Positions 1 to 10,668 of a stretch of 64,000 bases of DNA are shown piece after piece. The position numbers were made by a program, and so were the translations under genes. This DNA comes from Dehalococcoidia bacterium. GTDB taxonomy: Bacteria > Chloroflexota > Dehalococcoidia > Lucifugimonadales > VXLM01. The notes beneath the pieces are model-generated. The model did not search any database and was not told the origin of the DNA. It saw only the letters and a program-made list of their open reading frames with translations. Position 1 is the first letter of the stretch; each line of letters starts with the position of its first letter. The DNA lies in contig OY759598.1 in NCBI GenBank assembly GCA_963662435.1, positions 1,396,507 to 1,460,506 of the forward strand, in the 5' to 3' direction.

Positions 1-826
1 TTGCGACATCGCCCGCAGCGAAGATATCGGGGTGTGAAACGTTGAGGTTCCCGTCGACCAATATGCCATCGTCAACCTTAAGTCTGGCCTGCTGGGCAAG
101 CCCGACGTTCGGCTCGATGCCCAGTCCGGCAACCACACCGTCGACGACGATTTCACGGGAGCTCGACGAGTCGTTGGACGTTACCGTGACCGCGACGCGG
201 TCTCCCTGTGTCTCGACGTTCGACACGAGATGTTCGGCCAGCACCTCGACGCCGTGCTCGCGGTAGTAGTCATTGAGGAATGCACTCAGGTCTGCAGGAT
301 AGATGCTGCTTCCTATCGATGGTTCGGGGAAGACCATCGTGACCCGTTTGTCGTTTTGCGCGAGGGACGCCACAATTTCGGAGCCGATGAATCCTCCGCC
401 GACTACAAGGAAGTGGTCCCCGTTGTCGGAGAGTGCCCGGAGACGTTGGTAGTCGTCGACCGTACGAAAGTAGATTACGCTGTCTCCGCCGAACGGGAGC
501 CGGCGGGGAGCCCCTCCGGTCGCAAGGAGGAGCTTGTCGAATGTGTACCTTGCACCCTGATCGTCGGTTACGGTCTTGATGTCAAGGTCGAGGCACTCTA
601 TTCGGCGACCGAGGTGTAGATCGACGCCGTCGCGGTTGGTGTCGCGCTGGATGTCATCGAGGGACTTCCCGTGCCAAAGTCCCTTGGAGAGGTGCGGGCG
701 GTTGTATGGTACTTCGTCTTCGTCTCCGAAGAGGGCGATGGAACCGTCAGGATCGACCTCGCGGATGCCGCAAATAGCGGCGTCGCCGGTCATGCCCCCG
801 CCGACTATCACGTACTTATTGTGCAT
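1..826 (-). CDS. NAD(P)/FAD-dependent oxidoreductase (ferredoxin reductase-like), runs off window start
   Basis: Hand translation (not in ORF track): MHNKYVIVGGGMTG...PYNRPHLSK...DKLLLATGG...VVGGGFIGSE...DIFAAGDVA; SD GGGGAGG upstream of ATG at 826. Confidence 0.88.
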   Translation of the reverse strand, partial: MHNKYVIVGGGMTGDAAICGIREVDPDGSIALFGDEDEVPYNRPHLSKGLWHGKSLDDIQRDTNRDGVDLHLGRRIECLDLDIKTVTDDQGARYTFDKLLLATGGAPRRLPFGGDSVIYFRTVDDYQRLRALSDNGDHFLVVGGGFIGSEIVASLAQNDKRVTMVFPEPSIGSSIYPADLSAFLNDYYREHGVEVLAEHLVSNVETQGDRVAVTVTSNDSSSSREIVVDGVVAGLGIEPNVGLAQQARLKVDDGILVDGNLNVSHPDIFAAGDVA

Positions 827-871
827 GGCCTCCCCCTTACCTTCACTTCCACATCTGGTGCGCTTGGAGTC

Positions 872-2911
872 CTACTCCCTCGCCTCTTCAAGCTCTTTCT
901 GCTGCTCGACAGCCCGTTCAACGAGATGCGTCGGGACTTCCTGGTACCGGTCGAAGCGCATTGTAAACGTGCCCCGACCCTGGGTCTGTGAGCGGAGGTC
1001 GGTCGCGTAGCGCATCATCTCGGCCTGCGGCGCCTCGACCTCAATCGTCGTGAATCCGTTGCCTTCGGGGTTCATGCCGAGGATGCGGGCGCGCTTGCTG
1101 TTGAGATCGCCCATAACGTCACCTGTGTCGCCATCCGGCACGAGGATTTGGGCATACATGATCGGTTCCAAGAGTTGCGGGGTCGCCTGATTTATGCCGT
1201 CGGAGAAGGCATTGCTGCCGGCGATCTCGAACGACACGCCCGAAGAGTCGACCGGATGGAAGCTGCCGTCGTACAGGGTGGCCTTCACGTCCACAACGGG
1301 AAATCCGCCGATGACGCCGGAGTCGAGGGCCCTTACGCAGCCCTTCTGCACGGACGGGATGTACTCTCGCGGCACGGCCCCGCCGACAACGCGTTCGTCG
1401 AACTCGAAGCCGGACCCACGCGGCAGGGGTTGAATCTCTAGGTAGACCTCGGCAAACTGGCCGTGCCCTCCGCTCTGCTTCTTATGGCGATAGTGTGAGT
1501 TCGACTGCCGGCTGATGGTCTCCTTGTATGGCACCTTGGGAGTCATGAGCAGAATCTCAACGCCAAACTTGCGCTTCATCTTCTCGACCGCCACATCGAC
1601 GTGAACATCGCCCAGACCACCGAGAAGCAGTTCCGCGGTGTTCGGCTCGCGGCTCACGCTCAGGCTGGGATCCTCCTCGGCCATTCGCGAGATCGCGTTG
1701 GTTAGCTTGTCAACGTCGGCCTTCGACTTGGGGAAAGCGGCCATGGAGAACACGGGCGGAGGGAACTCGAGGGCGGGAAGAGTGATCGGGTTAGCCCTAT
1801 CAGAAAGCGTGTCGCCCGTAAGCGCCGAATTCAGCTTGGCAAGCGCTCCGATGTCACCGGCGGCCAGCTCATCAACGGCCTCCTGGTCCTTTCCTCGAAT
1901 GGTGTATGCCGTACCGGTGCGCTCGCCCTCCTTCCGAGTGGCATTCCACACCTGCGAATCGCTCTTGAGGGTTCCGCTGAAAACCTTGAAGTAGGAGAGC
2001 TTGCCCACGAACGGGTCGGCGGAGGTCTTGAAGACCTGCGCAGCGAGCGGGCCGGAACTGTCCGCAGTCAGCTCGATGTCCTGATCACCTTTCTGAGCGG
2101 TGTGGGCTGGACGGTCGGCGGGAGAAGGCAGGAGGCCCACTATGGCTTCGAGCAGCTCGTCCACGCCGATCCCGTTGAGGGCGGAGGTTGCCAATACGGG
2201 TATGAAGGTCCCTTCCGACATTCCCGCCTTGATGCCGGCGTAAATCTCCTCCTGCGTCAGTTCCTCACCCTCGAGGTACTTGTCCGCCAACTCCTCATCG
2301 GACTCGGCCGCCGCCTCGATGATTCTCTCGCGGGCCACCTCTGCCTCATCGGCGAGGTCGTCGGGAACCTGAGCCTTCGGGTCCAGCAGATTCACGACTC
2401 CAGTAAAGTCGGCCTCGGAGCCTATTGGAAGCTGGACTGGCACGCACTCTCGACCGAACGCCTCGACGAGGGCTTCCATGACGCGGTCGAAGTCGGAGTT
2501 TTCCCTGTCGAGCTTGCTCACGACGATCAGCTTGGGCAGGTCTTCAGCCATCTGCCACATCTGGATGGTGCCGACCTCGACTCCCGCGGGGGCGGAGACC
2601 AACACGAGGGCAGCGTCCGCGGCGCGAAGGGCCGAGGTGACCTCGCCGCGATAGTCGGCATAGCCGGGGCTGTCGATGAGGTTGAGTTTGTAGTCCTTGT
2701 GGATGACCGGAAGGACTGAGGTCTGGACGCTGTTTTGGCGCTTGTGCTCTTCCGGCTCGTAGTCGGAGGTGGTCGTCTCGTCTTCAACCCGACCCAGCCG
2801 GGTCGTCGCATTGGTCGCGAAAAGCGCTGCTTCGGAGAGAATGGTCTTGCCTGCACCGCTGTGGGATAGAAGCACAACGTTGCGCAAGTGGTCCGTATCG
2901 TGGGTCGCCAT
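872..2911 (-). CDS. fusA: Elongation factor G paralogue (EF-G II type)
   Basis: 679 aa; G1 SHSGAGKT, DSPGYADY, KLDR, domain IV HKKQSGGHGQF, DGSFHPVDSS; not within a str operon. Confidence 0.92.
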   Translation of the reverse strand: MATHDTDHLRNVVLLSHSGAGKTILSEAALFATNATTRLGRVEDETTTSDYEPEEHKRQNSVQTSVLPVIHKDYKLNLIDSPGYADYRGEVTSALRAADAALVLVSAPAGVEVGTIQMWQMAEDLPKLIVVSKLDRENSDFDRVMEALVEAFGRECVPVQLPIGSEADFTGVVNLLDPKAQVPDDLADEAEVARERIIEAAAESDEELADKYLEGEELTQEEIYAGIKAGMSEGTFIPVLATSALNGIGVDELLEAIVGLLPSPADRPAHTAQKGDQDIELTADSSGPLAAQVFKTSADPFVGKLSYFKVFSGTLKSDSQVWNATRKEGERTGTAYTIRGKDQEAVDELAAGDIGALAKLNSALTGDTLSDRANPITLPALEFPPPVFSMAAFPKSKADVDKLTNAISRMAEEDPSLSVSREPNTAELLLGGLGDVHVDVAVEKMKRKFGVEILLMTPKVPYKETISRQSNSHYRHKKQSGGHGQFAEVYLEIQPLPRGSGFEFDERVVGGAVPREYIPSVQKGCVRALDSGVIGGFPVVDVKATLYDGSFHPVDSSGVSFEIAGSNAFSDGINQATPQLLEPIMYAQILVPDGDTGDVMGDLNSKRARILGMNPEGNGFTTIEVEAPQAEMMRYATDLRSQTQGRGTFTMRFDRYQEVPTHLVERAVEQQKELEEARE

Positions 2912-3283
2912 TCCGATCTCCTCTCCGGGTGTTGGGTAGATGCGAGTGCCAATTGTAGTGAATTAGGGGGTGACTCCGCAATGGAGTCACGAAATCGGAA
3001 CAGCACAATCCCAACGTTCCTTATTGTATGCCCGTCACCTCTTGTGGCATGGCTCACGCAAACTATGCAATGCCACGCTTGCTACCGGAATTCCGGAAAA
3101 GTGATGCAAACTGATGCCTTTTGATGCATTTGACTCGTTATTGTAAAGTTGCAGCCGTCCTCAATGACAGGCAAGAATGGCATTCTCGACCGCGGGTGGT
3201 GCGAGTGTTGCAAGTGAAAGGGCGCCGTCTCAGCACACCTATAGAACCCGTCTGAAGGGTTATGCGTCGGCCGGTTAGCGCCC

Positions 3284-5161
3284 CTACCGCTCCACCTTCA
3301 GGATGCTCATGAAGGCCTCCTGGGGAATCTCGACGCTGCCGACCTTCTTCATGCGCTTCTTGCCCTCGGCCTGCTGTTCGAGCAGCTTCCGCTTGCGGGT
3401 CACGTCTCCGCCGTAGCACTTGGCGAGAACGTTCTTTCGCAGGGCTTTGACGGTCTCTCGGGCGAGAATTTTTCCACCGATGGCGGCTTGGATGGGGACC
3501 TCGAACATCTGGCGCGGTATCAGCTTTTGCAGCTTCCTGACAAGATCACGTCCCCGCTCGTAGGCGCCTTCGCGATGGACGATGACCGAGAGTGCGTCGA
3601 CCGGCTGACCATTGACAAGGACTTCGAGCTTGACGAGTCTCTCGGTACGATAGTCACCTAGGGAGTAGTCCATCGAGGCGTAGCCCTGGGTAGTAGACTT
3701 GAGGCGATCGTAGAAGTCGACGAGCATTTCGGCGAGCGGCATGGAGAATTCCATCATCACGCGCGTCTTGGAGACCGACTGCGCCCCGATGTCGGCCGAC
3801 ACGCCGTTGTCCCCTGCCCCGTTGTCCGAGGAGCCGTACTGGATGTACTCCATCCGGTTGAAGACGCCACGACGCTCCGTGACGAGGTCCATCATGGTAC
3901 CGATGTAGTTGGCGGGCACGATGATCGTAAGGTCGACCCAGGGCTCCTGAATCTCCTCTATCAGGCTCACGTCAGGAAGGCGAGAGGGGTTGTCAATCTC
4001 GGTCAGAGCGCCGTCAGTAGTAAGCACGCGAAAGGCCACACTCGGGGAGGTGGCGATGAGGTTGATGTCGTATTCGCGTTCAAGCCGCTCTTGTACCACG
4101 TCCATGTGGAGCAGACCCAGGAAACCGCACCGGAACCCTGTGCCCAGTGCAGCGGAGCTCTCCGGTTCGTAAGTTAGTGCAGCGTCATTCAGCTGGAGCT
4201 TTTCGAGTGCGTCGCGGAGACCGAGATATTCCTCTCCGTCGGCGGGATAGAGTCCGGCGAAGACCATGGGCTTCAGAGGTCGGTACGCCGCAAGCGTCTC
4301 TTCGGCGGGTTTGTCTGCGAGGGTTATCGTGTCTCCCACAGGGGCGTCACCAACCGACTTGAGCCCGGTGGCGATGTAGCCAACCTGCCCGGCCTCAAGA
4401 GAGTTAGCCTCGACCGCGTCGGGGCTGAAGTATCCCAACTCCAGGGCCTGGCTCTCCTTGCCGTTGGACATGATGCGGACACGACTGTTCGGGAGAATCT
4501 CGCCGTCACGGACGCGGACGTACGCCACCACTCCTTTGTAGCTGTCATACTTGGAATCGAATATCAGCGCGCGGAACGGCTCTTCCGGTTCACCGACCGG
4601 AGGCGGCACTCGCTCGACAACGGCATCCAGCAGTTCGGAGACGCCGGTCCCCGTCTTTCCCGACACAAAGAGAAGCTCGTCCCGCTTGAATCCAAAGGCC
4701 TGCATCACCTCCTCGGCAATGCGCTCCGGCTCCGCGGCGTCGAGGTCTACCTTGTTGATTACGGGAATGATCTCAAGGTCATTTTCGAGAGCCAGATACA
4801 CGTTGGCCAGAGTCTGGGCCTGAATTCCCTGAGTAGCGTCCACGATGAGCAGGGCACCCTCGCAGGCGGCCAAGCTTCGGGACACCTCATAAGAAAAGTC
4901 GACGTGACCGGGCGTGTCTATGAGGTTTAGCTGGTACGGCTGCCCGTCTATTCCCTTGTACGAAAGACGCACGGCCTGAGCCTTGATGGTGATGCCACGT
5001 TCTCGTTCGAGCTCCATCGAGTCGAGGACCTGTTCAACCATCTCCCGTTTGTCGAGCGCACCAGTGACTTCGAGTAGCCGGTCGGCAAGCGTCGACTTGC
5101 CGTGGTCGATGTGCGCGATGATGCAGAAGTTACGAACGTACCGGGAGTCCATACCAACCAT
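3284..5161 (-). CDS. lepA: Elongation factor 4 (LepA)
   Basis: [29 protein letters not shown]-terminal [25 protein letters not shown]; start at ATG 5161 or 5152. Confidence 0.97.
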   Translation of the reverse strand: MVGMDSRYVRNFCIIAHIDHGKSTLADRLLEVTGALDKREMVEQVLDSMELERERGITIKAQAVRLSYKGIDGQPYQLNLIDTPGHVDFSYEVSRSLAACEGALLIVDATQGIQAQTLANVYLALENDLEIIPVINKVDLDAAEPERIAEEVMQAFGFKRDELLFVSGKTGTGVSELLDAVVERVPPPVGEPEEPFRALIFDSKYDSYKGVVAYVRVRDGEILPNSRVRIMSNGKESQALELGYFSPDAVEANSLEAGQVGYIATGLKSVGDAPVGDTITLADKPAEETLAAYRPLKPMVFAGLYPADGEEYLGLRDALEKLQLNDAALTYEPESSAALGTGFRCGFLGLLHMDVVQERLEREYDINLIATSPSVAFRVLTTDGALTEIDNPSRLPDVSLIEEIQEPWVDLTIIVPANYIGTMMDLVTERRGVFNRMEYIQYGSSDNGAGDNGVSADIGAQSVSKTRVMMEFSMPLAEMLVDFYDRLKSTTQGYASMDYSLGDYRTERLVKLEVLVNGQPVDALSVIVHREGAYERGRDLVRKLQKLIPRQMFEVPIQAAIGGKILARETVKALRKNVLAKCYGGDVTRKRKLLEQQAEGKKRMKKVGSVEIPQEAFMSILKVER

Positions 5162-5355
5162 GCTAGCACGGGAAGGTCCTACGGTGAATCCAATTTGAGA
5201 CATTTGGACGAGGGCAATTGACGTTCAAACAGCTACGCGAATCGCGCCCGGGAGCATACTACGCATGTCTACTGCACACCGAGCACTTCACGGAGTATGA
5301 TAGGTCGGCGAAATAATGCCGAGAGGCAACCAGATATTGAGGAAGGAGATTACAA

Positions 5356-5802
5356 ATGGCATTGGCAACAGCGAAGAGCACCGCGAGTGCAGTATGGGAG
5401 GGATCGCTTCTTGAAGGATCCGGCGAGGTAAGCGCGTCCAGCGGCGCGTTCAGCGATCAGGCGGTCTCATGGGTCGCGAGGACAGATCGGGGAATCACGA
5501 CGACCAGCCCTGAAGAGCTATTGGCATCGTCACATGCGGCATGCTACTGCATGGCCCTGTCAAACATGCTTACACAAGCCGACACCCCGCCGACCAAGCT
5601 GGAAGTGAGCGCGACGGTCACGTTCGCTCAGCAGGAGGTCGGCTGGAAGGTCGCTAGCAGCGCCCTGACAGTCACCGGCACCGTCCCCGGGGCGACCGCC
5701 GAGAGCTTCCAAGAGGCAGCGGAGGCCGCGAAAGACGGGTGTCCTATCTCAAAGGCAATTGCAGGAAACGTCGAACTCAGTGTGGAGGCCACGTTGGCTT
5801 AG
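5356..5802 (+). CDS. osmC: OsmC family peroxiredoxin
   Basis: TSPEELLASSHAACYCMALS and AKDGCPISKA motifs; SD AAGGAG. Confidence 0.92.
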   Translation: MALATAKSTASAVWEGSLLEGSGEVSASSGAFSDQAVSWVARTDRGITTTSPEELLASSHAACYCMALSNMLTQADTPPTKLEVSATVTFAQQEVGWKVASSALTVTGTVPGATAESFQEAAEAAKDGCPISKAIAGNVELSVEATLA

Positions 5803-5835
5803 GGAGACACACTGGTATTCCAGACGGGCGGGGCA

Positions 5836-7983
5836 TTGAGCTCCGCCCAAATCGTTGGGAAGCCGTTGCTTAACGTCCAAGTAACAGCAGCCGCTTTTGT
5901 GGCGATTCTTGTCGTCACTGTGACGGCTTGTGGTGACGACCCGCTTGACTTGAATGCGACGGTCGAGGCGAGGGTCGCAGAAAGACTTGACGATCAAGCG
6001 TCAAGACAGGCTGCAATAGACGCGGACGTTCGGGCGACCAAGGAGGCTATTCTTACACTAACACCGACGCTTATTAACACGCCCACGGCATCTCCCACAC
6101 CCACACCGGCGGCCTCCGGAACGCCAACGCTTACTCCTGCGATCACTCTCCCTAACAGTCGGACACCAACGTCGACTCCCGCTCAAAGCCCAACATCAAC
6201 AGCTACTCCCTCTCCTCTGCCCAGCCTAACGGTCACGCCAACCTCCGAGCCGACGGCCACGCAAACCACTGAGCAGAACTCTGCAGCTCCCATCGGGTTG
6301 ACCAAGTACTTGTCCGGGGATTTCACTGACTCCGATGGAGACGGAATGACGGACGTGGCAGAGAACAAATACGGATTCGATCCCCTCGACGCCTCCAGTT
6401 TTCCCCAAGAACCCGAACTCGCAGCAAACTACTATTCTGAGTTCGGCATTCGTCTATCCACAAGGGAGTTTCCGGAACCGTCGTCAATAGGCGACTCATC
6501 CAACAGGATCAGCTACACATTTTCGAATGACTTTCCTGTAGAGGCGGAGAGCCAATACAGGGAATTTCTGAAGCGAGTATTCCCTATTCTGTATAAGTAT
6601 CTGGGCCCCCCGGCAGAAACTTTGAATGTCTTTATCGAGAGTGTGGGAGAGGACAGCGACGCTATTGAGATAGCTGACTACGGACGTACTCTGCTGTCCG
6701 ATGCGAGCTTCATACCCAGGCTGATCGTCCATGAGATGGCGCACGCTTGGAAGGGCAGGTACATCATAGCCGCAGATGAGAACTGGGAGTATGATACCGC
6801 GCTGAGTGGTTTCGAAGAGGGGACCGCCGAGGGGATGGCCTTTGAGATCGTCCACGAGTATGTGCGCAGCTATCCTAACGATCCCGCGACCTTGCAGCTT
6901 CTGGAAGAGAGGTCCGCTCAGTATTGGAGCTCAGGGACTGCTATCTACGACGCCATCAAGAATCTCAGGTGGACGGGGGCAGGTGACTTCTGGAACCCTC
7001 CGAGTGGGGCGGACAACAGATACTCCATTGCTGCAACGACCGTCCAGATGATGGTCCGAGAGAACCCCAATTTCATGAAAGAGTTTATGTCGCTCTACTA
7101 TGAAATGATTCGAGAAGATCCGGACTGGCGTCCCAACCGCAAAGATATGGTTAATTTGTGGGAGACCGTGGTTCCGGAGCTGAACGGCAATCGCCTAAGT
7201 GAACACTTGGACACTCTGCCGGTATTCAACGGAAGGGAACTTGACGAAGGCGCGTACGTAATGCAAGCACTTCGGTCCTATGGGGAATTTGGCGATCAAC
7301 AGTTCGCCCTAGCCTACGCAATTCCAGGGGGAAAATTGTGGAACATGTCAGACGAAGATCTCAAGGACGTCCCGGAATGGATATCGACAAGAGCTGGGGA
7401 AAATGGACTACACTACATTGATACGCAACGTTCCCCCTTCTTCGTGGAAGTCACTGACGCATACGGACAGGAGTACGCCACCTACGACTTCAAAACTGAA
7501 TGGGATAGGTATCCTGATGGCTCTCCGGCCGGATTCGGATGGTCCTACGCCGAAGAACTCGAGATGGACAATTTCCCTATAGGGCTATACCAAGGGACGG
7601 TGACCTTCACCGATTATGTCGAGCACGACGAAGGGGCCAGGGATAGCTACTATTTCTTCGGCCTCGAGGACTTCGAACAGGATAGAGAATCCGAATACGT
7701 CATCATGATCGGAATAGACGGGGTAGCTGAGGGTAGAGCGGAAATCACTATCGGTGGCAAAGCTCACACCGCCCCGATCAGCAACGGCGTGGCCGTTTTC
7801 AGATCGAGTGAGTGGCGGTTCGATATGCAGGGAAGGTTTCCAATCACCATTACCAACGATGAATCGGTATCAAGGAGCTATTACAGAACTCTCATCGAGG
7901 CCGGCACTATCCACGACTATTATCAACACCAGTTCATCATAGTCGATACCGACTTCGACGGGATAGAGGATCAGTTCGAATAG
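5836..7983 (+). CDS. Putative lipoprotein with Thr/Pro linker and gluzincin-like Zn-metallopeptidase motif
   Basis: Lipobox-like VTAC, long PT-rich linker, DSDGDGMTD Ca-binding-like motif, LIVHEMAHAW followed by FEEGTAE. Confidence 0.65.
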   Translation: MSSAQIVGKPLLNVQVTAAAFVAILVVTVTACGDDPLDLNATVEARVAERLDDQASRQAAIDADVRATKEAILTLTPTLINTPTASPTPTPAASGTPTLTPAITLPNSRTPTSTPAQSPTSTATPSPLPSLTVTPTSEPTATQTTEQNSAAPIGLTKYLSGDFTDSDGDGMTDVAENKYGFDPLDASSFPQEPELAANYYSEFGIRLSTREFPEPSSIGDSSNRISYTFSNDFPVEAESQYREFLKRVFPILYKYLGPPAETLNVFIESVGEDSDAIEIADYGRTLLSDASFIPRLIVHEMAHAWKGRYIIAADENWEYDTALSGFEEGTAEGMAFEIVHEYVRSYPNDPATLQLLEERSAQYWSSGTAIYDAIKNLRWTGAGDFWNPPSGADNRYSIAATTVQMMVRENPNFMKEFMSLYYEMIREDPDWRPNRKDMVNLWETVVPELNGNRLSEHLDTLPVFNGRELDEGAYVMQALRSYGEFGDQQFALAYAIPGGKLWNMSDEDLKDVPEWISTRAGENGLHYIDTQRSPFFVEVTDAYGQEYATYDFKTEWDRYPDGSPAGFGWSYAEELEMDNFPIGLYQGTVTFTDYVEHDEGARDSYYFFGLEDFEQDRESEYVIMIGIDGVAEGRAEITIGGKAHTAPISNGVAVFRSSEWRFDMQGRFPITITNDESVSRSYYRTLIEAGTIHDYYQHQFIIVDTDFDGIEDQFE

Positions 7984-8186
7984 ACTACCGCAGATCAGCA
8001 ACGACGAAACATTCTTAACCCGCAAGGGGGCCGCTAGTTGGGGGATCCATTGGGCTAAGCCCTCCAACAGACCGCTCAAGCTCCTCACGATGACCCCCGG
8101 CCAGTCGGCTAGAACGTCCAGTATGCACTCAAGAGCGTCGTCTGCACCTGCCGTCTCCCATGACGGTTGAGTCTATCTCCGTCCTT

Positions 8187-8573
8187 CTACTCTCCCACGA
8201 CCGCGATTGCGTCCATTTCGAATAGGAGGGATGGGAGTACCAGTGGGGCCTGCACCGTTGCCCTGGCGGGTCTCGAATCCTCGAAGAATTCGTTGTAGAC
8301 GGCGTTCATGGCAGCGTAGTCGCCCATGTCGGCGAGGTAGAGCGTGGTCTTGACAACGTCGTCGAGGGTAGCGCCGACTGCGTCGAGGGCGGCGACCATG
8401 TTTTCCAGGGTCTTTCGCACTTGGGCCCCCACATCGCCTTCTCCGACAACCTTGCCGTCGGAATCGAGGGCTATCAGGCCTGCCGTTGTGACCAGTGAAC
8501 CTGCCCGGACCACCTGAGAGTAGGCCGCCAGCGGCTTTGCGAGAGTGTCGGGATTAACTTTTTCGATTTTCAT
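8187..8573 (-). CDS. RidA/YjgF/UK114 family protein
   Basis: YSQVVRAG, DVVKTTLYL, MNAVYNEFF..RPARATV, FEMDAIA; SD GGAGG before ATG 8573. Confidence 0.92.
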   Translation of the reverse strand: MKIEKVNPDTLAKPLAAYSQVVRAGSLVTTAGLIALDSDGKVVGEGDVGAQVRKTLENMVAALDAVGATLDDVVKTTLYLADMGDYAAMNAVYNEFFEDSRPARATVQAPLVLPSLLFEMDAIAVVGE

Positions 8574-8686
8574 TTCCGCCTCCAAATTGCGAGTCCGGCC
8601 AGTATAGACCACGAGGCGGTTTCCGTCATTCACCGTCAAACGGCGATTGTGCTATGCTCACTCGCAATTTCGATGAGGGCAATCGC

Positions 8687-9418
8687 ATGACGGACGTTCC
8701 TGCAGGGGTGCAATTTACTCGAACGAGGGACCTCGCGGCTGAGCGTGACGCGGGCGGCTCGTGGTACGAGGTAGTCGTGATGGACGGGCGCAATCGGGTC
8801 GGGCTCATTTGCGCGCTGCCAGGGACACCACCCGACCCTCACATTCACCCTGACTACAACGAGTGGTGGATCAACCTCGGCGGGACGACGCAGTGGCAGA
8901 TCGGCCAGTACGAGCCGCTGTTGGCCGAGTGGGGCGACATCGTCATAGCGCCTGCGGGCTACTGTCACGACATCCGCTCTAAGGGGACGGAGATTGCCCG
9001 GCGGCTCCACGTGTCCACACCGAACAGCAACCACGACATTCGGGGGGTATCCCCCACGAGGTACGTGCCCATAGACTACGACCTGCCGTTGCCCAACCTC
9101 CTTCACACCCGGTTCTCGGACCTACTGGCCACGAACGGTGGTGATTCCGCGTGGACGGAGGTCGTGGTGAAGGACAATCGCAACACGGCTACGATCATCA
9201 GTCAGCTTCCGGGGACAATTTCTGACGAGCGGACGCCGTCACGGGATGAGTGGTGGGTGATGTTGGCCGGTACGGCAATGGTGAGCACGCGAAATGGCGA
9301 ATTCGAGACCATCGAAGGCGATGTCGTAGTTGCCGAGCCGGGAACGACGTACTCCATTGCAGCCAAGGGGAACAGCCCGTCCATCCGCATACTGGTTACC
9401 GATACCAATGCCGAATAG
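8687..9418 (+). CDS. Two-domain cupin protein
   Basis: PHIHPDYNEWW...GDIVIAPAGYCHDI; second cupin DEWWVMLAG...GDVVVAEPGTTYSI lacks the His ligands. Confidence 0.8.
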   Translation: MTDVPAGVQFTRTRDLAAERDAGGSWYEVVVMDGRNRVGLICALPGTPPDPHIHPDYNEWWINLGGTTQWQIGQYEPLLAEWGDIVIAPAGYCHDIRSKGTEIARRLHVSTPNSNHDIRGVSPTRYVPIDYDLPLPNLLHTRFSDLLATNGGDSAWTEVVVKDNRNTATIISQLPGTISDERTPSRDEWWVMLAGTAMVSTRNGEFETIEGDVVVAEPGTTYSIAAKGNSPSIRILVTDTNAE

Positions 9419-9433
9419 TCGAAGGAGCTAATC

Positions 9434-10501
9434 ATGAGAGCCGCAGTTCTCGAACAGCCAAAGACGCGAGTACCTGTGAGAGACCTTGAAATCCAAGAAC
9501 CGGGACAGGGAGAGGTCGTGCTCGACATGGTCGGCGCAGGAGTATGCCACAGCGACTACCACTTCATAGACGGTCACATGACGCCTTGGGCGCTGCCGTG
9601 GATACTTGGGCATGAGGGAGCGGGTGTCGTCAGGGATGTCGGCCCCGGGGTATCGAGTGTGGCAACGGGCGACAAGGTAATCCTATCGCTCGACGCGATG
9701 TGCGGTTACTGCCGCACCTGCTCGCTGGGCAGCCCTGCACTCTGCGAGACGTACTCAAGGGTGCCCGTCACACGCATGACGCTGGACGGGAAGCCGACTT
9801 ACCATATTCGGCCCACCTTCGCCGAGCAGACAATCGCGCTGGCCGACGCTTGTGTAAAGGTGCCGGACGACACGAACCTCGTGGTCGGCTGCCTCATCAG
9901 TTGCGGCGTGATAACCGGCGTAGGAGCGGTCGTGAACCGTGCAAAAGTTGAGCCAGGCGCAAGCATGGCCGTCTTTGGATGCGGCGGTGTCGGGTTGAAC
10001 GTCGTGCAGGGGGGAGTACTGGCATCGGCAGGAAAGATCATCGCCGTTGACAAGGTGCCCTACAAGTTGGAGCTCGCCGAGCAGATGGGGGCGACTCACT
10101 TCGTAAACGCCGATAAAGAAGACCCTGTGGAACGGATCAAGGAGATCACGGGCGGAGGAGCGGACTACGCTTTCGAGGTGGTGGGGTATCCCGCCCTCGT
10201 GCGACAGGCCATCGACTCGGTGCGGACGACGGGGACTGCGGTAGTCGTGGGAGTACAACCCAGCGGCCAGGAGATCTCCGTTGAAGGGTGGCACCTGCTT
10301 CAGGACCGCGCGCTGATTGGGGCATTTCACGGGTCGGCACGTGCACGTGTCGACTTCCTGTGGCTGCTCGACCTCTACAATCAAGGCAGGTTGAAGCTCG
10401 ACGAGCTCATATCGCGGTCCCGGCCGCTTGACGAGATCAACGAGGCGTTCGACGACATGATTGCAGGATCAGTAGCACGAACGGTGCTCGTTTTCGACTG
10501 A
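9434..10501 (+). CDS. Zinc-dependent alcohol dehydrogenase (MDR, class III-like)
   Basis: GVCHSD, GHEGAG, CGYCRTC..C structural Zn site, GCGGVG. Confidence 0.93.
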   Translation: MRAAVLEQPKTRVPVRDLEIQEPGQGEVVLDMVGAGVCHSDYHFIDGHMTPWALPWILGHEGAGVVRDVGPGVSSVATGDKVILSLDAMCGYCRTCSLGSPALCETYSRVPVTRMTLDGKPTYHIRPTFAEQTIALADACVKVPDDTNLVVGCLISCGVITGVGAVVNRAKVEPGASMAVFGCGGVGLNVVQGGVLASAGKIIAVDKVPYKLELAEQMGATHFVNADKEDPVERIKEITGGGADYAFEVVGYPALVRQAIDSVRTTGTAVVVGVQPSGQEISVEGWHLLQDRALIGAFHGSARARVDFLWLLDLYNQGRLKLDELISRSRPLDEINEAFDDMIAGSVARTVLVFD

Positions 10502-10601
10502 TCGGCCAATTCCTTCAATAAAGTCCACTCTCAACATCGTGCTCTACGCGAATGTTCGCATGTGGTTCACGTCAGATTGAGCCTGTGGAAGGGTGTCACC
10601 T

Positions 10602-10634
10602 CCGTTCATGGTTCGACAAGCTCACCACGAACGG
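10602..10634. repeat. REP-like palindrome between convergent genes
   Basis: CCGTTCATGGT-TCGACAAGCTC-ACCACGAACGG; 11-bp stem with one non-canonical position. Confidence 0.6.
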
Positions 10635-10668
10635 TAACATCCGGCTAAATTGACGCTCTTTGTCTGAG

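Noticed and set aside
2912..3283. Long intergenic region upstream of the EF-G paralogue as a riboswitch
   Set aside because: No recognisable aptamer or terminator; only a short CCGGAATTCCGG palindrome
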